Shown here: piece by piece, positions 56,827-64,000 of the stretch
How positions within the stretch are numbered: position 1 is the stretch's first letter
Layout: every line of letters begins with the position of its first letter
Source of the DNA: Candidatus Omnitrophota bacterium
Lineage (GTDB): Bacteria; Omnitrophota; Gorgyraeia; Gygaellales; Profunditerraquicolaceae
Assembly (NCBI GenBank): GCA_028716965.1
Contig: JAQUOV010000002.1
Coordinates: 132,472-196,471 of the forward strand
Reading direction: 5' to 3'
DNA: 64,000 nucleotides
Made by a program: the position numbers and the translations under genes
Notes under the pieces: model-generated
Told to the model about the DNA's origin: nothing
Database searches by the model: none
What the model saw: the letters and a program-made list of their open reading frames with translations, nothing else

Positions 56827-58117
56827 TAAGAAAATCGTTATTTTGGGTGCAGGGCTGGCGGGTTTGAGCGCAGCCTGGCATCTTCAAAAGAAGGCGATAG
56901 AATGTTTTGTGTTGGAGAAAGAGCCTGTCGTAGGCGGCCTATGCCGCTCCAGGCAAATCAAAGGTTTTATTTTCGACTGTGACGGCCATCTCCTGCATTT
57001 TAGAAATAAATATACCTTGCAGCTGGTAAAAAAACTGTTAAAAGATAATCTGGCCTGCCATCAAAGGAGCGCATGGATCAATAATTATGGCATCCTCAGC
57101 CGTTATCCTTTTCAGGCAAACCTTTACGCCTTACCCAGGCCGATAGCGGAAGAATGCCTGCTTGAATTCTTAAAAGCCAGCCAATCTCCGCAAAGCAAAG
57201 CCCCTGCCGACTTTCTCAAATGGGTAAATGCTTCTTTTGGTAAAGGCATATCCAGGCATTTCATGGTCCCTTATAATGAAAAATTCTGGACCGTCCCTTT
57301 AAACGAAATGACCTGCGCCTGGACGGATAACTTTATACCTCGACCCAAGCCATCTGAAGTGATTAAAGGTTTCTTTGCGGAAAACAAGCATCGTTTCGGT
57401 TATAATGCTACTTTTTGGTATCCCCGGCGTTCAGGAATAGGGCAATTGCCCCTGGCGTTTGAAAAGCAGCTATCTAATGTTTTTAAGAATTGCCGCGTTA
57501 AAGCAATTGACCTTAAGAAGAATGAACTATATGCCGAGGGAATGCCAAAAATCAAGTTCGATACTTTAATTTCAACGATGCCCTTGCCCGAATTGGCAAA
57601 AATAATCCGGCCTCTGCCCGGCAATATCATGAGTATGTTTGATAAGTTGCGCTGGAACTCAATATTCAATCTTAATCTTGGGATAGATGGCGCTTGCCAA
57701 GAGGGCAGGCATTGGGTGTATTTTCCGCGCAAAGGGATTGCTTTCTTCAGGGTGGGTTTTTTCCATAACTTTTCTGATAATATCGTACCTTGCGGCAAGA
57801 GCGCAATATACGCCGAAGTAGCGTATTCCAGGAACAAGCCAATCAATAAGAATAGGATTATCCCCAAGATAATAAATGACCTTAAGAGCTGCGGAATATT
57901 GAGCAGAAAGAATAGGGTATCCGTCTTGGATGTAAATGATATAAAGTATGGCTATTTGATTTACGACAAATATTATCTTCGGGCCACGGCGGCAATAAAA
58001 AACTTCTTGCTACGCAATAATATAATCGCCTGCGGTCGTTACGGGAGTTGGCAATACATGTCCATGGAAGATGCGATATTGGATGGCAAGCGGGCTGCAG
58101 GTAAGATTAAAAGATGA
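56819..58117 (+). CDS. FAD/NAD(P)-binding oxidoreductase (amine-oxidase / UDP-galactopyranose-mutase-like)
   Basis: 432 aa with an N-terminal Rossmann KIVILGAGLAGLSAAWHL ... VLEKEPVVGG, located in the glycan cluster. Confidence 0.55.
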   Translation: MSNKKIVILGAGLAGLSAAWHLQKKAIECFVLEKEPVVGGLCRSRQIKGFIFDCDGHLLHFRNKYTLQLVKKLLKDNLACHQRSAWINNYGILSRYPFQANLYALPRPIAEECLLEFLKASQSPQSKAPADFLKWVNASFGKGISRHFMVPYNEKFWTVPLNEMTCAWTDNFIPRPKPSEVIKGFFAENKHRFGYNATFWYPRRSGIGQLPLAFEKQLSNVFKNCRVKAIDLKKNELYAEGMPKIKFDTLISTMPLPELAKIIRPLPGNIMSMFDKLRWNSIFNLNLGIDGACQEGRHWVYFPRKGIAFFRVGFFHNFSDNIVPCGKSAIYAEVAYSRNKPINKNRIIPKIINDLKSCGILSRKNRVSVLDVNDIKYGYLIYDKYYLRATAAIKNFLLRNNIIACGRYGSWQYMSMEDAILDGKRAAGKIKR

Positions 58118-59604
58118 AGAAAACAATTGAATGTTTGCTGCTTTTTGTATTCCTGGTTATTTTTTTGTATTTAGCCAGGGGGAAGCTTGAGGCGTTCTTC
58201 TATAACCAGGGCAAGGATTATTTTGAGCGTTCTTTAGACAAAGAAGCGATAATATCTTATAAGAATACGCTTAAAATAAATCCGCAGTCTTTGCCGGCCC
58301 GTTTAGGATTAGCAAGAGCATATTGGGATAGCAAGGATTATGATAAAGCGGCAGGGGAATACAACAAAGTTTTAAACATAGACCCTTTTTGTTTGGAGGC
58401 GTACAAGTCTTTAGCAGAGATATATTCTCAGGAAGGCAACTATGCCGAAGCCTTGATAGTAATTAACCGGGCGCAGGATAAAATCCCCGGTAATCCGGAG
58501 CTCAGCCAATCCAGGGGTGAATGTTGTTATGCCTTTGTGTCCTCTGCATTAGATAAAAGCGAGAAATTGTTTCTGGAAAATAATAACGAAGAAGCAATAT
58601 CTACTCTAAGGGATACGCTTAAATGGTGCCCTGATTTTGCAGTAGCCCAGTATATGCTGGGCTATTATTATTTTTCCATTAAAGATTACGATAATGCCGT
58701 ATTCAGCCTGAAGCAGGCCTTGTTGATAGACCCGCAGTTCCATTATGCGTTTAAATTACTCAGCCAGGTGTATTTTAGAAAGGGGGATTTTGAAAAAGAA
58801 CTATCTTTCGCGAAAGAGGCGCTTGCATCAAATAGTAACAATCCCACTGCTTATAATGATATCGGCCTGGCGTTAATGCACCAGGAGCGCTATGCAGAAG
58901 CAATAACTTATTTACAAAAGGCAGTTAGTCTTGAACCAAATAATGTAGAGTATATTTACAGCTTAGGTAGTGTCTATAGGGACAATAAAATGTTCAATCA
59001 GGCAATCTCGGAATACAATAAAGTAAGCGCATTAAAGAATAATTACCCAAACGTACATAATGATTTAGCCGATATTTATGATAATCTAGGCAACCGTGCT
59101 CAAGCTACCTTGGAATACCAAAAAGAAGTGCAGCTTTGCCAGCAGGAGATCAGGAGTAATCCCGATAGCCCAATTTTGCTTAATAATTATGCTTATGCTT
59201 TAAACGGCCTCGGAGAATCCAAGAAAGCGAAAGGCATTATAGATGGCGTAATAAATTCCCACCCAAGTTACCGTCCGGCATATCTGACTTTGTCAAAGAT
59301 TGGCGAGAGGATGCAGGATAGAGGATTAGCTTTAAGTGCTATGGAGAAAGCAAGGCAATTTTCAACAGGGGATGGTTTCATAGACAATGAGATCTCTAGG
59401 TTGAATGAGCAGCCTTTACCTGATACAGCAGTTCAGTTGGGGCAACAAGACACAATCTGTTTGAAAAACGGCCGCAGCTTGCGGGGAAGAATAAAAAAAG
59501 AATACCCGGATAGGGTAGTGTTAGAGGTGCAGTTAGGTTCTTCGCGAGGAGAAGTAATCTTGTACCGGGATTCAATCGAACGCATAGGCAAAAGTCAGAA
59601 TTAA
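58114..59604 (+). CDS. TPR-repeat protein with N-terminal membrane anchor
   Basis: 496 aa with an N-terminal hydrophobic helix, then multiple 34-aa TPR-like units (AxxxYxxALxxxP patterns). Confidence 0.75.
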   Translation: MKKTIECLLLFVFLVIFLYLARGKLEAFFYNQGKDYFERSLDKEAIISYKNTLKINPQSLPARLGLARAYWDSKDYDKAAGEYNKVLNIDPFCLEAYKSLAEIYSQEGNYAEALIVINRAQDKIPGNPELSQSRGECCYAFVSSALDKSEKLFLENNNEEAISTLRDTLKWCPDFAVAQYMLGYYYFSIKDYDNAVFSLKQALLIDPQFHYAFKLLSQVYFRKGDFEKELSFAKEALASNSNNPTAYNDIGLALMHQERYAEAITYLQKAVSLEPNNVEYIYSLGSVYRDNKMFNQAISEYNKVSALKNNYPNVHNDLADIYDNLGNRAQATLEYQKEVQLCQQEIRSNPDSPILLNNYAYALNGLGESKKAKGIIDGVINSHPSYRPAYLTLSKIGERMQDRGLALSAMEKARQFSTGDGFIDNEISRLNEQPLPDTAVQLGQQDTICLKNGRSLRGRIKKEYPDRVVLEVQLGSSRGEVILYRDSIERIGKSQN

Positions 59605-59651
59605 GCGTGGTGACCGGAAAATGTTTTAAAAAATTGTAGTTTATAAAACTA

Positions 59652-59679
59652 TTGACTAAAGCATTCCATAGTATAGAAT
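59652..59679 (+). promoter_or_regulatory. Sigma70-like promoter (TTGACT, 16 nt, TAGAAT)
   Basis: Its position implies the downstream CDS starts at the ATG at 59723 (RBS AAGGAGGG), not at the track's 59681. Confidence 0.45.
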
Positions 59680-59722
59680 AATGTCGTCAAGCCGAGCATT
59701 CTTAAAACCAAAAGGAGGGTGT

Positions 59723-60133
59723 ATGCGCAGGGATATTCTTGGGCTGTGTTTGCTTATTTTGTGTCTTTCGGTAGGCATATCTTTTGCGGAAGGTAAGAAA
59801 ATACCCATACAGGCGATCAACAACTCCATCGGGATATTCTCGGGAGAGGATGACATAGTAGCGGTAGATGAAGTGACCGTCTTTGACGTAGTCCGCCCCG
59901 TGATCTTCTGGCTAAGCCCCTTGGTATTCCTGGTAGGCATGCTTTTAGTGCTCTACGGCAATTATAAGAAGCTTGATTCTATGCTTGCCAAGGAGATGGG
60001 CATCCGCAAGAAACTCCTGCCCAAGATGGAAAGTAGCAACTATACCTTCCATGAATGGCTTTTGGAAAAACACACCTTAACAGGGGTAATTTGCATAATT
60101 TGCGCAGCGGTCTTCTTCTTTGTCTTCAGGTAA
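59723..60133 (+). CDS. Small exported/membrane protein (signal peptide plus C-terminal TM)
   Basis: MRRDILGLCLLILCLSVGISFAEG signal peptide after a strong RBS, and a C-terminal hydrophobic helix. Confidence 0.5.
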   Translation: MRRDILGLCLLILCLSVGISFAEGKKIPIQAINNSIGIFSGEDDIVAVDEVTVFDVVRPVIFWLSPLVFLVGMLLVLYGNYKKLDSMLAKEMGIRKKLLPKMESSNYTFHEWLLEKHTLTGVICIICAAVFFFVFR

Positions 60134-60215
60134 TACAACCTGTTTTTTAGCACAGGTATGAGGTTCTTTCGTTGGCATAAACAAAAGACACTGTAAATAT
60201 TAAGAGGAGGCCGTT

Positions 60216-60365
60216 ATGCTTGTTACATCCGGAGTCTCAGAGTTAATGCTGTTTGCGATATTCGTTTTCATCGTGGATGTATCATTCAACCTGCGCCGGG
60301 TAAACAAGAACATCACGACGCTACTGAAGAAATACGAAGAGGTCCACGGCACCCTGAACAAATAA
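60216..60365 (+). CDS. Candidate small membrane protein (49 aa), not in the ORF track
   Basis: ATG preceded by a strong RBS AAGAGGAGG at a 6-nt gap. Translation is MLVTSGVSELMLFAIFVFIVDVSFNLRRVNKNITTLLKKYEEVHGTLNK, with one TM helix. It lies upstream of yggT. Confidence 0.4.
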   Translation: MLVTSGVSELMLFAIFVFIVDVSFNLRRVNKNITTLLKKYEEVHGTLNK

Positions 60366-60449
60366 GGCAGGTCTTTCAGGAAAGAGAGGGAAAGGACAAT
60401 TTTTGTATTATCTAATTTCCTAGTTTCAGCAGCGCGTGTTCTGGGTATC

Positions 60450-60701
60450 TTGTTGGAAATACTTTATTGGTTGATATTGTTTCGTGCTTTGATCAGCTGG
60501 GTAAACCCGGATCCTTCTAACCCGATAGTGCAATTCCTGGAAAAATGTACTGAGCCCGTACTTGGGCCCATAAGAAGAATATTGCCGCTTAACTTTAGAT
60601 TTGGCATAGATATATCTCCGATAATCGCCTTTCTGGCGATCATGTTCCTCAAATCGTTTTTAGTTAACACCCTGTTAGACCTGGCTGTCAGGTTAAGATA
60701 A
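60450..60701 (+). CDS. YggT-family membrane protein
   Basis: 83 aa with LILFRALISWVNPDPSNPIVQFLEKCTEPVLGPIRRILP, the YggT/Ycf19 signature. Confidence 0.75.
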   Translation: MLEILYWLILFRALISWVNPDPSNPIVQFLEKCTEPVLGPIRRILPLNFRFGIDISPIIAFLAIMFLKSFLVNTLLDLAVRLR

Positions 60702-60748
60702 TCGTCTTCCTGATTTTTGTTTAAATTTAATATATTGGTATATGGAAA

Positions 60749-61021
60749 ATGAAGAAGCTGGCCCTTTTTTTAGTGCTGATTTTTACGCTCACCAAGCCTT
60801 CTTATGCAGTTAATATTATTGATCAATTAATAAATAAAGAGGTCGTTTTAGTTGCTAATCGTATGACCGTTTTAGTAAACCGTATAACGGGAGAAGTTAA
60901 GTATATAAAACTTAATAACGGTAGATGGATGCCTCTTAAAGGCGGCCTGAAGAATAAATGTCAGTTAATGTATGATAACCAAAGCTCATCCCGGCCTGCC
61001 TTAGCTCCTGCTCTGCGATAG
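60749..61021 (+). CDS. Hypothetical small secreted protein
   Basis: 90 aa with signal peptide MKKLALFLVLIFTLTKPSYA. No recognisable family. Confidence 0.35.
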   Translation: MKKLALFLVLIFTLTKPSYAVNIIDQLINKEVVLVANRMTVLVNRITGEVKYIKLNNGRWMPLKGGLKNKCQLMYDNQSSSRPALAPALR

Positions 61022-61174
61022 ATTTTAAAATAATTCCCTTGATTTAGTTTTTTATCCACGATATACTTTTTGTGTCGTTGTCAGCCCTTTAATCAAACGA
61101 GGCAGGATTTTTCCCCGAAAACAGTCCCCGCCGGTTTTAAGCGGGGAAATAGGAGACTGTATAAGCAGGTTTAT

Positions 61175-61245
61175 TGCCCTGTCGTCTAATGGTAGGACAC
61201 AAGATTCTGGATCTTGTTATCATGGTTCGAGTCCATGCGGGGCAA
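61175..61245 (+). tRNA. tRNA-Gln (anticodon CUG)
   Basis: U1:A72 acceptor (UGCCCUG/CGGGGCA) typical of tRNA-Gln; anticodon stem CAAGA/UCUUG with loop UUCUGGA; T-arm CAUGGUUCGAGUCCAUG. Confidence 0.75.
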
Positions 61246-61288
61246 CTTTTTATAATTAGTTAGTTCATCAGAGAGCTTAAAAATAAAA

Positions 61289-62035
61289 ATGGCATTACGG
61301 GAAGATATGGAAAAACAAGGCAAATGGCTTTTTAGGTGGAGGAGCTATCTGCCGCTTTTGGGTATCCCGGTTTTTATTGTTGCCATAAAACAGTCTGGGT
61401 TACTGGAAAAGAAGTTTGGCGACTCCGTAAGCGATATCTGGGGGACCTGCGCAATTATAATATCTTTTTTGGGCCTTGTAGTGCGCGGGATTACTGTAGG
61501 GTATGCTCCCCGTGGCACATCAGGCAGGAATACGAAAACACAAGTAGCAGAGACGCTTAATACGACGGGAATGTACTCTATTTCCCGGAACCCACTTTAT
61601 TTGGGAAATTTCATCATAGTTTTAGGCATCACATTGTTTATCCAGGTATGGTGGTTGGCTTTATTGGTCTGGTTTGGGTTCTGGCTTTATTACGAACGGA
61701 TTATTTTTACTGAAGAGGAGTTCTTAAGAGATAAGTTTAAAGATCAGTTTATAAGGTGGGCTGAAAAGACGCCGATCGTAATTCCCCGTTTCAGGAACTG
61801 GCAGAAGCCGGAATTGAGTTTTTCGCTTAAGACAGTTTGCAGAAGGGAATTTTCTACATTTTTTTCCATTGCCGCAACTTTTTTCTTCCTGGAAATCCTG
61901 ACTAATTTCTTTACCCAAAATAGGCTTGGTGTTCGTTATTCTTGGGTAATATTCTTTATCGTAAGCCTGGGCATATATTTGGTTTTTTTTATCCTGAAGA
62001 AGAAAACAAAGCTGCTTAACATCCCCGGCAGATAA
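61289..62035 (+). CDS. Isoprenylcysteine carboxyl methyltransferase (ICMT)-family membrane protein, second paralog
   Basis: 248 aa with GMYSISRNPLYLGNFIIVLG...YERIIFTEEEFLRDKFKDQFIRWAEKTP. Confidence 0.6.
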   Translation: MALREDMEKQGKWLFRWRSYLPLLGIPVFIVAIKQSGLLEKKFGDSVSDIWGTCAIIISFLGLVVRGITVGYAPRGTSGRNTKTQVAETLNTTGMYSISRNPLYLGNFIIVLGITLFIQVWWLALLVWFGFWLYYERIIFTEEEFLRDKFKDQFIRWAEKTPIVIPRFRNWQKPELSFSLKTVCRREFSTFFSIAATFFFLEILTNFFTQNRLGVRYSWVIFFIVSLGIYLVFFILKKKTKLLNIPGR

Positions 62036-62127
62036 GCCGACATTTATGCGACAGCTTAAGGATAAGATTCTCCCGGCGGCATCCGCTTTTTGGTCTCGTA
62101 ACCTTCACCATTACTAAGAGAATAGCC

Positions 62128-63060
62128 ATGAAAAACAGCTCGGGTAGCTCAATCAGTATCGTTATCGTAACCAGCGGCTCAAAAGAATATTTATTCCACT
62201 GCCTTGATTCTATAAAGGCGCAGAGTTACCCCGCATTTGAGGTTATTGTTATTGACAATTCACTTAACCCGGATTTCTCCGCCGATGTCCGCCGGAGGTT
62301 CCCCTCCATAAACTTATACTCAAGCCCAAAGAACCTTTACTACGGACTGTCGTTAAACAAGGGGATAGGAATCAGCCAAGGCGAGTTTGTTCTTTGTCTT
62401 AATGATGATGTAGTTTTAAGCCGGGATTTTATACGCCAGGCACTTAACGGTTTCTGGGTAAAGGATAATATCGGCATGGTAAGCGGCAAGGTCCTGCGCG
62501 CCGATGGTTTGATTTTGGATAGTACAGGATTATTCTTAAGTATTTTTTACTCAGCCGAAGAAAGAGGGTATGGTAAGATAGATACGGGGAAATTTGAAAA
62601 ACCCGGGCTTATCTTTGGAGTAAGCGGTTCGGTAGCTTTTTATCGAAAGAAAATGCTGGAGGATATTAAACAGGGAGAGGATTATTTTGATCCTGCTTTC
62701 CGTATGTTTTATGAAGACCTGGATGTGTCCTGGAGGGCCAATAAGCGCAGGTGGCAGGCTTATTATATCCCTGCGGCAAAGGCTTTTCATGTACGCGGAG
62801 GATCATTACGTGCCGACTCTGGATTGGATAAGCCTTTCGCGCGTAAATATATTAATGATGAATTACACTGCGATTTGATTAAAAACCGATATCGCGCAAT
62901 ACTCAAGAACGCAAGCCTTCTTGGTTTTCTCGTGCATCTTGTTCCGATAATACTGTATGATATTGGCGCATGGGCATATGTATTATTGTTCCGTCGCAAG
63001 GTAGCCAGGATATTCTTGCGTGATTTAAAACACCGTTTAAGTCTTAGGTTTAGGCAGTAA
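62128..63060 (+). CDS. Glycosyltransferase family 2
   Basis: 310 aa with VIVIDNSLNP (DxD-like region), LCLNDDVVL and other GT-A fold motifs. Confidence 0.8.
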   Translation: MKNSSGSSISIVIVTSGSKEYLFHCLDSIKAQSYPAFEVIVIDNSLNPDFSADVRRRFPSINLYSSPKNLYYGLSLNKGIGISQGEFVLCLNDDVVLSRDFIRQALNGFWVKDNIGMVSGKVLRADGLILDSTGLFLSIFYSAEERGYGKIDTGKFEKPGLIFGVSGSVAFYRKKMLEDIKQGEDYFDPAFRMFYEDLDVSWRANKRRWQAYYIPAAKAFHVRGGSLRADSGLDKPFARKYINDELHCDLIKNRYRAILKNASLLGFLVHLVPIILYDIGAWAYVLLFRRKVARIFLRDLKHRLSLRFRQ

Positions 63061-64000
63061 GCCTAAAATCGCCCACCAAATTAAACTCACCTCCGGAAGA
63101 AAAAAGCTAAAATCCCATAAATTCTGGAAGATAAATGTTGCCAGGCAGGTAAGCAGAACCAGGGTTTCTTTGTCATCCGAAAGGTTTTTAACCTGATTGA
63201 TACTGTTTATCATAATCCTGTGAATGAGCCAGAACAATGAAGTAATTGCAAATAACCCCGCCTCTGCCCAGAATTGCAGGAAGGAGTTATGCGCGTAGCG
63301 GGAATAAGCAAGGTTAAAATTGCCTAACCCTACCCCAAGGAAAGGGTGCATTTTGATTATTCCTACAGTATCGCGCCAATAATTAATACGCATAAATATA
63401 GAAAATAAGGGGCTGAGGTGTCCTTTCCCGGATGCATCTCTCATAAAAAACACTAGCGGGATAAATAGGGCCAGCCCCAAAAGCAGGATGGCCCTTGTTT
63501 TCTTGAAACCTTTTCTTAATGATGCATAAACTAATCCCGCTAAAAACAGGCTGATAAAGGCCCCAAGGGATTTAGTAAGGAACAAAGCGCATAATATTGG
63601 TATGGAAAGCCAGACCCTTTTTTTGTATAAAAGTACAAGCGGCCCGACCATGGCCAGGTAACCGGCGAGCAATCCGGGGGTAACAAAGGGGAAGAAAACC
63701 CTTTTTTGCCTCAGGTAGTCTAAGACAAAAGGGTCGGTTATCTTTTGTGTATTTATGAAATTGCGTAGATGCGAGAAACCAATAAAGTATTGATAAAGAG
63801 CCGCTATGCTTATGACTATACCGCAGGTTAATATCCCTGCGATGTAGTTTTTACGGGTTTTTCCCGTTAAGCCTGGCAGGATCAGAATGAGCAGTATGGC
63901 GCTCAGGTATTTATATAATTCCGAGGCGCTTTTAACCCTGTTTATGGAAAAATACGAGGATATGGCTAAAGCCAGAAAAAAAGATATCAGCGGGAAAAAT
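63037..64000 (-). CDS. O-antigen ligase/polymerase-like (Wzy_C) polytopic membrane protein, 5' part runs off the window
   Basis: C-terminal portion contains HPFLGVGLGNFNLAYSRYAHNSFLQFWAEAGLFAI, the Wzy_C pattern. Manual minus-strand translation shows the frame stays open with no stop up to position 64000 (...FFPLISFFLALAISSYFSINRVKSASELYKYLSAILLILILPGLTGKTRKNYIAGILTCGIVISIAALYQYFIGFSHLRNF...). The track's 63672 start is an internal TTG. Confidence 0.6.
   Translation of the reverse strand, partial: FFPLISFFLALAISSYFSINRVKSASELYKYLSAILLILILPGLTGKTRKNYIAGILTCGIVISIAALYQYFIGFSHLRNFINTQKITDPFVLDYLRQKRVFFPFVTPGLLAGYLAMVGPLVLLYKKRVWLSIPILCALFLTKSLGAFISLFLAGLVYASLRKGFKKTRAILLLGLALFIPLVFFMRDASGKGHLSPLFSIFMRINYWRDTVGIIKMHPFLGVGLGNFNLAYSRYAHNSFLQFWAEAGLFAITSLFWLIHRIMINSINQVKNLSDDKETLVLLTCLATFIFQNLWDFSFFLPEVSLIWWAILGLLPKPKT

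Noticed and set aside
60145-60170. ACCTGT-tttttagc-ACAGGT hairpin after the small membrane protein gene
   Set aside because: It has a 6-bp stem with the U-run in the loop rather than 3' of the stem, so it is not a convincing intrinsic terminator.
61051-61059. DnaA-box-like TTATCCACG near tRNA-Gln
   Set aside because: An isolated single near-match far from the dnaA region, most likely a chance occurrence.

Overview
This window looks like a bacterial chromosomal replication-origin neighbourhood. On the minus strand rpmH and yidD precede a candidate oriC with a perfect DnaA box, followed on the plus strand by dnaA, dnaN, a DUF721 (DciA-like) gene, gyrB, a membrane protein, gyrA, tRNA-Glu, glmS and rsmI. 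Next comes a single uninterrupted 14.6-kb ORF (12148..26769) encoding a 4873-aa protein with an N-terminal signal peptide. That giant ORF, its domain mosaic and its nucleotide-identical linker repeats are the prime candidate for an undescribed system. Read directly from the translated sequence, it carries a caspase-like His/Cys module, two GHKL (Hsp90/MutL/sacsin-type) ATPase-like modules, a C-terminal GT9 (heptosyltransferase-like) module, two HEXXH motifs and a recurrent (A/S)SSP linker motif whose codons are nucleotide-identical. Downstream is a pyrimidine locus. It runs from a sigma70-like promoter through a PyrR-type attenuator leader to pyrR, pyrB and pyrC, then an endonuclease-Q-like PHP/zinc-ribbon gene, tRNA-Arg, a LOG-family gene and a stand-alone C-terminal half of carB, then mutM, pyrK, pyrD and pyrF. 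After that sits a Chlamydia/spirochaete-style V-type ATPase operon (E, DUF2764-like, A, B, D, I, K), tRNA-Val, tRNA-Asp and an outer-membrane beta-barrel. A tightly overlapping four-gene operon follows: a tRNA-binding (CsaA/Trbp111-like) protein, a YkgJ Cys-cluster protein, a DUF2156 protein (MprF C-terminal, aminoacyl-tRNA transferase-like) and a DnaQ exonuclease fused to a WYL domain. The remainder encodes a PilZ-TM-large-domain protein, an HhH-GPD glycosylase, an M20 peptidase, a PAC2-like protein, a HAD hydrolase and an envelope-glycan cluster (GT1, MraY/WecA-like GT4, FAD oxidoreductase, TPR, YggT, tRNA-Gln, ICMT-like, GT2, and an O-antigen-ligase-like gene running off the window). No CRISPR array, transposase, integrase or rRNA was seen. 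The gene content (giant gene, V-ATPase, EndoQ, PAC2, split carB) is consistent with an uncultivated lineage such as Omnitrophota, but that is inference only.
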